A stretch of 64,000 nucleotides of DNA from the NCBI GenBank assembly GCA_040954595.2, contig CM082580.2, forward strand, positions 1,664,783-1,728,782. Direction: 5' to 3'. The first letter of the stretch is position 1, and each line of letters opens with the position of its first letter. The notes below the pieces were generated by a model. The model made no database searches, was not told the origin of the DNA, and saw only the letters and a list, made by a program, of their open reading frames with translations. Position numbers and translations under genes: made by a program. This DNA is from Balanoglossus misakiensis. Its lineage: Eukaryota > Animalia > Hemichordata. Below are positions 54,151-64,000 of the stretch, one piece after another.

Positions 54151-55310
54151 TCAATTTAGAATTTTCACTAGAGTAGATGACTTACTATAACCTTCAACAA
54201 TGTCAGCCAGGTAAGTATGCAATGGGTAAGTACAATGATCAGAACAAATGAACAATAGCATACACACAAAAGAAACGCCTGAGGAATCATGCTCTACTCT
54301 CCATAGAGTGCCGGTCATAAAATCCATAGTTGTGTTTATTCCATACAAAGTTGGAGCTTTTTAATTTATTGCGTTCACTGTTGTTCAACGTTAAATATAC
54401 AACAGTGTTCCATAACATAGGGTCAACCTCACTGACAATATATTCAACATCAAGTGTACTCAGATCAACATTGTTTGTTTTGCAGTAATTACTGAATTCT
54501 TGAGATTGCTGATAAATGCTGGCATTTAATTTCACAGCCACCAAATCAAGCATTTTGAAAAAGTCAACGTCAACTTTACTCAAGTCTCTTACTTGCTTTT
54601 CAAGCCTCTCTATCTGTTTCTCAGCTTGCACAACATACTGAGGATGTTCGACAAGTGCATTTTGGAGGGCAATAGTGAGATCTGAACCTGTTCGGTACAA
54701 AAAGGTGGAGAACTTTCTACTCACTTTTGATACAACAGAAAGGTGAATTGGAAAATACACACATAGCAATTCCCGAATAAGCCAGCTATTAGGTTTTCTG
54801 TGGAATTCCACTCGTTGTAACTTGACATTGGGTCGCAAAGTCTGATATTCATTGTCTAAACAATCATTGAAATATTGCCTGACATCAAACAATAGAATGG
54901 CATGTTTTCTGAGGAGCACTTCTCCTAAAAAGACAACAGTTTTCCAGCATGCAAAATTCACCAAGTCGTCGTCACAGCTGCATCCTTTATTGTAGCATTG
55001 TGACATATTTTTTTAATTTCTTCAGCAAGTGCTATATCACTCGACATAATTAAGCCTTGTTGAATACTACACCTGGCTTTTTCCGCTAAAGCAACAAATG
55101 TTTTATAACATTTCAAACAAATCAGGCTGTCTTGAGTAAGGGCAAATGGTGTGTTAGTTTGTTGGTGAAATGTTTGCACCATTTCAAAATCAGGGATTTT
55201 AAACAAATTGTTTGCCCGTGATAAGCACGAAGTACACAAGGGATGGCTTTTTCTCATAGCAAGGATGTAGTGACGTTGACACAGTGGAAATGATGAAACA
55301 TCCTTTAAAA
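54151..55310 (-). pseudogene. Academ N-terminal region (frameshifted, CxxC pairs)
   Basis: Overlapping ORFs 54958-55257 (CTSC...CLKC), 54287-55006 and 54151-54348 are contiguous with the transposase and lie inside the TIR. Confidence 0.7.
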
Positions 55311-56189
55311 CCTGAGTTGTCTATACTCAATTTTGTACACAGTCCTCCTCGCCTGAAATCAGCTCTATAATGTCGCGTAAAAAATGGCCTATTTTGCGAC
55401 CCTTCAGCGGGGCCCACTCTAACAGCTACATGGTTTGAAGTACTTTCCCTCATTAACATATGTTAATGAGTACCGTGCGATCTGACTGTACAGACAGAAT
55501 AACACACATCGAGAGATTAACAGGCAAACACTGGCTGACCCATAAGCGGCCAATGGCATGTGTACTGTACACACAGCAAATGGTCTCTTTAACAGATAGC
55601 CAGTTATGTAAACATGCAGTTACCAATCACTGTTATTATTGACAAATTGCATCCAAGTCCAGACACAGGCTTGAATACAATGTTTAAACAATAACAACAT
55701 TGCTTACCCAGCTTCACCGAGCTGAAATGATCGTTGACAACCAGAATAATACTGAATAAAAATTCAAAAATTACAGATACAGGACCTTTCGTTGCCCACA
55801 TATTATATTACCGTGGTCTGTGCGTCGCATTTTAATTGGTCAAGATGAACGACATCACTGACCACAAATACCCAGTAATGGTTTGTTTACATGCCCGTAA
55901 ATCTGAATAGTAATATTAGCAAACAGTTCAGTGAACACAACATTTTGCATAACACAAGTTCCGGGGCCCCAAGTCTTGTGTGTGGGACATTTTCAGAAAT
56001 ATTGACGGTTTTCTTGAGATTGTTGGTAATGTAATGGAAATAAATGCAGGGCTCGGGCTCTAGCTAAGCTAAAATTAATGGGCTCGGAAGCCTCGCCCAT
56101 GAATTTTTGGCTTTCCCCTCGCCCTTGCCCATAAACAAACATTAATGGTCATGGCGTCGTGCATTATTTCTATATTGTGTTGATCTTAC

Positions 56190-56306
56190 CTGTACACTCT
56201 CCATTGACCAATCAATATTCCACAGCACAAGTGAAATAAAAAGAGCCTGCTGTATTCACACACTGGCCTTCACAAAGATCTGCTCTCTCCATATATTCAT
56301 TGACAT
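56190..56306 (-). pseudogene. Calcium-binding EGF exon 2 (degenerate)
   Basis: tttcag/gtaaga, 117 nt, phase 1-1. DVNEYMERADLCEGQCVNTAGSFYFTCAVEY*LVNGECT; two Cys lost and an in-frame TGA. Confidence 0.88.
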
Positions 56307-56324
56307 CTGAAATCAAAGATAGTT

Positions 56325-56626
56325 ATTATTATTTATTTATTTTATTATTATTTATTTCCTAACAAATGTAATACACATACATCTTCTACAGAAAATAATA
56401 AAATTAGAAAACAAGTGAAAGCTTAAAGGATAAAAAATTACACTTAAAAACCCCAAACAAACATAACAGTTCTGAAAGACAATCCCTATAAACCAAAAAA
56501 GCAATGGAATGAAATAGTGCTGAATAAAAAGACGAGTCTTTAAACCCCTTTGAAAACTGTCAATAGATCCAGCATTGTGGATAGAAGGTGCACAAACACT
56601 GAATCCTATTTAGCCATATGCCTTGT
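56325..56626 (-). mobile_element. Probable L2 LINE 3' end remnant
   Basis: Minus-strand FSVCAP...SIDSF...LKTRLF-like remnants followed by an (AATA)n tail. Confidence 0.55.
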
Positions 56627-56840
56627 CAGTGTTCGAAATTCATAGGAAATATCAAGCAGTCATTGTTTCTTTTAATTGCAATACATGAACCTGGGAAAGT
56701 CTAAAAGATGCCATGATACCACTAGTCAACTCCCACGCTAAATTCAACCTGTCTGTCGGACTGGTAACATTTTATTTTTACCAGTCCTACAGAAAAACAA
56801 CCAGTCTCGGACTGTCGGACAGGCTTTATTTCGTACACTG
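56627..56840. mobile_element. Small TIR element (hAT/P-like MITE)
   Basis: CAGTGTTCGAAAT ... ATTTCGTACACTG with direct repeat GCCTTGT on both flanks. Confidence 0.75.
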
Positions 56841-57560
56841 GCCTTGTTAAGTTTTGAAATGCTCATTCATGGTGATGAGTTATCAAGAATATACCCGTTA
56901 AAAATTACTGTACCCTCAGAGAAGCATTTTGTAATGTCATTAAAATGAGATGAAAACTATATGAATTTTCTAAGTGTATATTTATTCTTTGCAGAGGTAA
57001 TTTATTTAGCTATAGGTTGATAATTTATGCTAATTTCATTAAATTATGCAAATAAGTAGTGAAAATACTTGTACATGAATATATCAGACAGTCTTATAGT
57101 ATCGTGTGAGGTTGATGACACATATTCTTAACCACATATTTCTTGATCAATTAATTGTTTTTACACCAAAGTCCTCAATATCCATGGCGATCCCTTTCTA
57201 GGAATTTTAACACTCTCTATCATTCTCATTTTAACAAAATCCCCTGAAACTTGTGTACCCTGTCAGCAAAACTTTGTCTGATTTTTAAAATACAGATTAC
57301 TTTTTCTCCCTTGCAAACAAATTTTCAAAGATAAGTTTTCACATTTGTTAATTTGTTTATATTATGCATAATTATAATTGGAAAAATTCTGAGATACAAT
57401 TTCAACAAACATGTGTTCAGTACGAGTGTGCGGTTGATTTCAAATTTTAAAATGTGTGCAATGGACAGACAGGATGTGTGTTTAGCTGATTGTAACCGTA
57501 GCAATATACAATCCCCAAACAATGTAGCCACAGAAGATATCAATATCCACAGTTACATAC

Positions 57561-57683
57561 CGGCACATGCATGGCCATCCTCCAGCAGATAGAATCCTGG
57601 TCTGCAAGTGCAGAGATAACTACCATGGGTATTCTGACAATAGTGTTGACATGCATATCCACCACTGTGACATTCATTCATAT
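57561..57683 (-). pseudogene. Calcium-binding EGF exon 1 (intact)
   Basis: ctccag/gtatgt, 123 nt, phase 1-1. DMNECHSGGYACQHYCQNTHGSYLCTCRPGFYLLEDGHACA; all six Cys and the cbEGF consensus are present. Confidence 0.93.
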
Positions 57684-57933
57684 CTGGAGGGTAAGAAGAA
57701 ATTAGAAATTATTTACAAGCATTGAATTCACTTTAATTCCTTGGATTAAAAATACAGAAAAAATAGCCAACAGCTACTACAGCTAACTTAGCAAAAATGT
57801 CGACAAAATTTTACAGTGACACTGGCGTACTCTGCCACTGATATGAGGATATAAGAAAGGGAACTGGAATATTTTTTCCTCTGTATAATCAAATTAACAG
57901 TAAATGACTGCCATGGCAACATAACAGATGTTA

Positions 57934-58266
57934 CAGTCAAACCCGTGTTAGGTGCCACCTCTATATAGTGGCTACTCTGTTACAGTCCATATACATTGTG
58001 TTAGGTATTGGTATTTACTGTTATGTATAAATTTGCAGTGTACGAGGCTGAACGAGTGAGCATGTGCAGTTGGCAATAAAAAAACAGCATGGCTGTCTAG
58101 TTTGTACACACATGTCCTGTGTCGTCTAATCACTCTGGTATAAGCCCACAATAATATAGCAATATATTACACATTGCACATTAAATGACCTGACTGTAGA
58201 GGCCACCTTTCTATAAAGGCCAGTTAGGAAAGTCCCCTGTCTGGCCAGTATAGACAGGTTTGACTG
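57934..58266. mobile_element. Tc1/pogo (Tigger-like) MITE immediately after a MED25 splice donor
   Basis: TA|CAGTCAAACC ... GGTTTGACTG|TA; same family as 41224-41408, inverted. Confidence 0.8.
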
Positions 58267-58273
58267 TACCTAC

Positions 58274-58457
58274 CTCTTTGTGGCTGTGAATCTGTACCTG
58301 GCCATCTCTCCTGTGGCTGTGAGTTGATAGAATTCACAGCAGCAATTGGTGGCATCTTACTGAACTGACTAGCATTTGCCATTTGCATGACACCCTCTGT
58401 GGCTTTCAGTGCAGCAGCTGGTGCCTGCTGGGAAGTCATCTTTGGAGGTGAAGTTGC
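58274..58457 (-). pseudogene. MED25: MED25-like linker exon
   Basis: ggacag/gtaggt, 184 nt, phase 0-1. ATSPPKMTSQQAPAAALKATEGVMQMANASQ..., resembling the AAQVAAQNAVEAA segment of the MED25 linker (from memory). Confidence 0.6.
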
Positions 58458-58883
58458 CTGTCCAAAAAGATTAACAAACCTAGTTAATATGGAGCATTAT
58501 CAAGGCCAGTATTCAAAACCCCATTTTTAATTCATGACTGCAATTTTTGATTCGATGTTGAGCTTGCAACTCTCAAAGTCCTATTTTCAACACACATTTG
58601 GATGGGATTGAGTTTTAGGGCTTATCAACATTAATCACATTAAAAATTGAATTTGATTACTGAGTCTGTGGCATTATCCAAAAAAGTCTTAGCATTTACA
58701 GAGTGGGTTTCTAGCAACCAAAACAGAAGTTTTGAATTTGTTTTGAAACAATAGTCAACTGTAAAGATAATGGTTAGACAAGGCTATGTGAAACAGTCAT
58801 AAAAAGCTTTCAATTCACAGGATGGGTAACTAGAAACGGCTATTTTATTATATAATAAAGTAGAAGGTAGACCACAACTGTAC

Positions 58884-59145
58884 CTGGGTGATGAAAATTG
58901 TCTCAATGGGATAAATGAAACAGTCACATTTGGTTGTTGTGTCCTGTTTGCTGTGACAGCGGATACTGGTTGGTTGGGTAAACTGGTAGGCTGACCAAAA
59001 GGCATTGATGACCTTTGACCTTGGCCCTGCATCTGGGGCTGACTTGGTTGAGTCAATTACTGTTGAGAGGATGACAGTTGTTGTGGAGACTGACTTCCAA
59101 TTTGACTTGGTTGTCCAAGTGACAGATGACTTGTTGGTGCGGCAC
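58884..59145 (-). pseudogene. MED25: MED25-like S/P/Q-rich linker exon with internal stop
   Basis: ctacag/gtacag. AAPTSHLSLGQPSQIGSQSPQQLSSSQQ*LTQPSQPQMQGQGQ... Exit phase does not match the next exon, implying a frameshift. Confidence 0.6.
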
Positions 59146-60627
59146 CTGTAGTAAAAATATTTAGTTGATTTATTTATATACTGTAAAACGGGAAATTTCT
59201 GTGACAGGAAATGTTTGCAATATCAATAGAGACAACTGTTATGCTACACTTAAATTTTGCTTTCTTATATTTCACTAACTGCACCAATATCCCTGAAAAA
59301 CATTTTTACGTGACTTTTAATTTGCATTTTTTGGTTCTCGCGAAGTTCACAATAATTTCCTGTTTGACAGTAATTCATCTATTGCAAACAAAGAAAATAT
59401 GTCTACCTAGGATAGAATGACTGGAACAGGTGCAGATCACTAGTATACAAAGCCAGTTCCTCCAAAACAATGAGAGGTAAAGTGCTGCGCTCAAGGGCAC
59501 AATATCGCGGTCATGAAGTCACCATCCTCAAAACCCACGGCCATGTCCAGGTCTGGTTCTTGAACCCACAACCCTGTGCCCTCACCACAAGGCCATGATG
59601 TCTCCTCAAACTCTCCTCAAAAGTCTCCTGCTTTAGTCTAATCATTGTTAGAAATACTTTCTGCTTTGACCTTTTACATGAAGGATTTGATGCATACACA
59701 CAGGCCAGTTGACAAGGAAAGCCTCTCAACATTGGTAAAACTGCATAATAATGATACATTGTAATTGAATATATTTGTGAACAAAAACAATCATGGCCTT
59801 TACACTATTAGCTACAACATCTAACCCTCAAACCAATCTGATGAAAATATTTTTTGACCCAAAAATGGAGTAGAACAATTTGCATCTTTTATAGAACAGA
59901 AAAACAACAGTTCATAAAAACAATGAAAGTGTCCTTTTGATATCCTATGGCAAAATCTTTTCTTGGTCCCATCAAAGTTATAACTGCCTTTTTTATTTGA
60001 AAATTTGACAAAAAAGCCAGAGCGAATAATAATATGTGATGTGTAATAAATATTAATAAATATATTACTACCATTTTATGGAAGTACCCATTTAGAGTAA
60101 TGAAAACTTTAACAAACCACAAAAAAGGTTTTGTACATCACCACAATAGGATGAATTGGTTGTAAATGGCCATGTAAACATGTTGTATATTTGTCCTGTG
60201 AACTTTAGAATCTGGATTGTATGATTTCAAATATTTGCTCAGCAACAGATACCCAAGCCGTCACGCAGTTACACCCATTGGAAAATGGTATCACCCACAC
60301 CAAGGTGGATGGAAGTTGGTCCTGGCGCTTTTTTTCCCATGATTCAAATTACAGTTAAGGCCATATTATAAATTCTGCCAACTTTCCCTCGATTTTGTAA
60401 AATACCTGACGACTTATACTTGACGAATATGTTTTTTTTTCTGAAAGAGTGACCTCAAAGCTACCAAATTATGTAGAAAATCAGCTGGACCGGATTTCCC
60501 CTTTGAAAACAGTAAAACACAGGTGCAAGCTTTCTTTTATTATGGGTATGGCAGAGAAAGCTTTTGACTGCTGTCAAAATTCTCTGGCAAACACAGAAGG
60601 ATTATGAAACTGAAAATGTTGATAATA

Positions 60628-61153
60628 CAGTGAAACCTGTCAATACAGACATCTCTCTAATCAGGACAGATTGTTCAAGACAAAAGTAATGGCTTGAATA
60701 GAATATTACATGCACATTTCTTTTAAGGACACCTCTCTTTTAAAGGGACAAAGTCTCTCTCTCGCTGCCCTTTTTTCCATTAATAATGTTTGATACAAGA
60801 CACTGTTTATGTTAATGTACATGTGTATATGTAGTGAATGAACATTCAACCATACACAACTTCCATCCCGCGTGTATGATATGGGAGTAAAAACTCACCC
60901 AAAACGAATAAATGGTAGAGACTGATTATTCATTTTGGCGATTTTTTTCACTCTCATGTCCACAAGCAGGATGGACTTTGTGTGTGGTTGAATATTGATT
61001 CACCATATATCCACATGTAGAAAAAACATAAATGGTGTCTTGTATCAAATATAATTAATGGAATAAGGGGCAGCGAGCGAGAGAGAGAGCCTGTATCCCT
61101 TAAAGGACATGTTGTGTGATCCCAGAGGTGCCCTTACTTGGCAGGTTTCAATG
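60628..61153. mobile_element. Tigger-like MITE containing a nested inverted-repeat element
   Basis: TA|CAGTGAAACCTG ... CAGGTTTCAATG|TA. Internal ~60-bp inverted repeat at ~60755-60812 / ~61027-61090. Confidence 0.7.
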
Positions 61154-61301
61154 TACTTCGCACATCAGTTGTACTCCACTGTCGGTATCGAATCATTTCC
61201 TGGTTGACATGGTGAGCTTTACATAAACAGATAAACCACCTCAAAAAGTGGGGCCCATAATTAGAGAATGGTTTTTAACCTCACAATTTTACCATAATTA
61301 C

Positions 61302-61400
61302 CTTGAAAATCGCAAAGTCTTCATATCGTCAAATAACTGCAATGCAGTACTCAGACCTTCAGAAATCATACCGTATTTCTCACCTGCTCCTGACAAAAAT
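61302..61400 (-). pseudogene. MED25: MED25 (Mediator subunit 25) VWA-domain exon
   Basis: tttcag/gtaatt, 99 nt. [32 protein letters not shown] matches the conserved MED25 segment [30 protein letters not shown] (from memory). Confidence 0.9.
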
Positions 61401-61564
61401 CTGAAATACAACACAGTATAATTATTTAACAAAAGGTGTATGTAAACAATGTCTACTCTGATTGTAGACAGATTTGATTAAACATTTTATGAAACATTTA
61501 AAGGTAGGAACCTCTAATAAAAGCCAGTGAGTCAAAGGACAAAACTGAGACTTTGTCCCTTTAA

Positions 61565-61649
61565 CCCTTTCACCCCCAGTTCCTTCTATACAGGTCGAAC
61601 CTTTTCATAGATAACAATGGGTTTAGACTGAACCTTGGTTGTGAAAGGG
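61565..61649. mobile_element. 85-bp piggyBac-like MITE
   Basis: TTAA|CCCTTTCAC ... GTGAAAGGG|TTAA. A related right end is at ~40500-40574. Confidence 0.8.
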
Positions 61650-62196
61650 TTAATGGGCTTCAATAATGAGTTTTCTTTAAAATAAGAGGGTGTTACTTAA
61701 GGGTTATTACACTAAGTTTGGTCGATAACGCGTCATATTTGAGTGATAGTATGCCAAACTTGCATGGTATGTACAGCGTGATTACTGCACACAAACATCC
61801 CTCTGCAATACACAAACACCATCCAACTTAAAATCAAATGCCTAACAAGTAGCTATTTGATATTTTGTGAATCGGTTTTATTCTATTCATATTATATTAT
61901 TTTATATGTGATGTTGATTAACTTGCATTTTTGTCAGAATAGAGTGGTATACATACAAGGTCTTTCTAATGTCAGGTGTCTATAAAAAGATAAGCCTGTT
62001 GCATCATTGTATAAGTGGTATAAGTCCATGGTGCCAGTAAGAATTGGGGTAGGTCTTGTAATTGGAACAGTGCATGGGGGGGGGGGGGGCTGTTATGTGC
62101 ACAGTATATGTTGTTGCAGACATTTGAATGAAATATGAAATAGCAAGAAATAGTGGGTGCATTTGTGCGACTCAATTTGTTACTATTATTTTGCAG

Positions 62197-63382
62197 AAGC
62201 TGAGAAAACACGCCAGTGCTGTGTACACACCTGTGCATCAAAAGGCTTCTCTGAGGATAGTCATTACACGCCCAAACGAGGGTAAATCATTCCCAGGGCA
62301 AACTATGTAAGTGTCAGTTCTTCATGTAAGCACGCCATCGCTCACACTTCTGCATCCCCCCAGTCCACGTCAGTATATACATGCATAATACACCCCTTCT
62401 CTTTAGTACCTCATGTTATCCCATGCTTGCATTTTAATACACAGTTTAATTATGTAAATTTGTTGCTTTTAACAGGGAAACATTTTTTTTTCTCAATGAA
62501 TTTGTTGACATAGGTCATGTTTATTCTGAATGCAATCATTTAGCCTTCTCTTTGTAAGTAAGTGGGGATTGAATTTTGTGAGTACTAAATGACTTTCACA
62601 CCAATGTAATAATTATTGGTACTCTTTTTAATTTCAATCAGGTGATTCTAGACGAGGGCGAGCCTCTGCCACTGCAATATGAACGGCTTTCCAACTCCAA
62701 CGTAGCGATTCCATCTGCCTGGTTGAGCATAACTTTAGGTAGATGCAAGAACAAGCCGCCATCTTACGTCATAAAAAAGCTGATGGATGGGTTGTTTAAA
62801 ACCCGAACAACTGAGCGGGAAGAATACCAGCGCATTTATTGGAACACCCTACCAGCATGTTGTAACGGCACTGACTTGTAAGTAAAAGGTTTCTTTAAAA
62901 TGTCGAAATGATTGTATTCTATGATAATGACATTTTTTGCATGTCCCTGGAGTGAAATTCTTTGATTGGCTATCCCATATTCACTGGATTCAAAATAAAT
63001 ATCATTATAATGGTGCATCTCATCCTTATACATTTCATTTTATTTGTTCTGACCATCTACTACAAATACACTCGATGAAATTTATCAGTTAGGTCAACAG
63101 TTTTTGTACCTGAATGATATTAAGTTTTTTTCCTGAATTTTAGTTGAATTGTGTGACTTCCGGTTGGTGGAAATTACTCGTATTGGGCAACTGCATATGT
63201 AACAATTATGCTTGGCAATCTTCTCCTTATTACTGCATGGTGTAACTGATATGTGTTTATTCTTCTCTTTTTCAGTATTTGGTGTCAACAAACTGAAGAT
63301 GTCAACAAAAGAGCTGATCCATGCATTCAACGCGAAATGCGCCACATGCAAACGGGCTGTCTTAAATAAAAACAGAGTGTAG
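62197..63382 (+). pseudogene. Spliced BEN-domain gene remnant (exons 62197-62306, 62642-62877, 63276-63382)
   Basis: Canonical ag/gtaagt sites. Removing one A from TTTAAAACCC (~62800) gives ...YVIKKLMDGLFKPEQLSGKNTSAFIGTPYQHVVTALT|LFGVNKLKMSTKELIHAFNAKCATCKR, fitting the BEN pattern (LxxxLFxxEEL...INxKCxxxR). In-frame TAA in the first exon. Confidence 0.75.
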
Positions 63383-64000
63383 TAGAGTAGGAAGTTTGTA
63401 GTGTAGTTTTTTATATTGGAAAAAAATTGTAGAGTAGCAAGTTTGTAGTGTAGTTTTTTTTATATAGAAAAAAAATTAGAGTAGCAAGTTGTTTGTAGTG
63501 TAGTTTTTTATATTGGAAAAACATTTTTTGCAGAGGAGCAAGTTGTGGTGTTTATATTTGTAGTGTAGCTTTTTTATTTTTTGAAAACCAATTTTTGTAG
63601 TGTGTAGTTTTACCATGTTGATTTTTTAGATTTCTTAACCCTGTGATTAAAATAGATTTTTTTTTAAATAAAAACTGTTAATTATAGTTTGCTTGTCTCT
63701 GAGGTTTTATGGGGGGTGGGGGTGGGTGGTTCAATGGTACCCCTAGTTAATTGTCTTGCTGCAAACTCACTGCAATGTTCAAATTTTCAAGGTGGCAATC
63801 TTGATTGCTGTGAACTCACTGCAGTATTCAAATTCCTGTGAACTCACTGCAGTATTCAAAATCTTGTTGCTGGAAGTTTGCAACAAATTTGCAAGTCCCC
63901 TAATTTGCATGGTAAAATCAGGACTGTTTGCCACTTTGCAGCAGCAGTTTGCAGTGAGTTCGCAGAATCCTGCTGCAGATTTGCGGGAGGAGTTTGCAGC

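Larger units (their letters stand above)
44509..55488 (-). mobile_element. AcademX-type DNA transposon, full-length but decayed (~11 kb including nested insertions)
   Basis: 32-bp TIRs (44509-44540 / 55457-55488, 29/32 match, begin CAG). 4-bp TSD TACA (44505-44508, 55489-55492). Minus-strand ORF fragments in the order transposase, XPG/FEN1-like nuclease, Cys-rich CXC. Confidence 0.85.

Noticed and set aside
37416-59145. TAA read as Gln (alternative code) or targeted C-to-T mutagenesis, since three stops sit in CAA runs
   Set aside because: CAA to TAA is the expected nonsense change in Q-rich tracts. Frameshifts, lost cysteines and a TGA also occur, consistent with ordinary decay.

Overview
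AT-rich eukaryotic (metazoan, most likely marine invertebrate; taxon is inference) genomic DNA resembling a heterochromatin boundary. No intact host gene, RNA gene or CRISPR array is supported. 1-8.1 kb is a 192/196-bp satellite with higher-order structure. About 10.4-27.9 kb is an ~0.9-kb macrosatellite that spawned a nested 116-bp satellite, received a Helentron-type (HINE) insertion with 146-bp core repeats, and was segmentally duplicated. 37.4-61.4 kb (minus strand) is an intron-containing, disabled chimeric locus: MED25 exons (VWA exon, S/P/Q-rich linker exons, Q-rich/LxxLL C-terminal exons) with four phase-1 calcium-binding EGF exons lying where the ACID/PTOV exons are expected. One intron holds an ~11-kb decayed AcademX-type DNA transposon (32-bp TIRs, TACA TSD; transposase, XPG-like nuclease, CXC domain) with an OTU-like protease domain inside the transposase. 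That element is itself interrupted by an L1/Tx1 LINE, a TTAA MITE, an L2 fragment and a microsatellite-bearing insert. A frameshifted three-exon BEN-domain gene lies on the + strand at 62.2-63.4 kb. All protein calls are from manual motif recognition; no searches were run.
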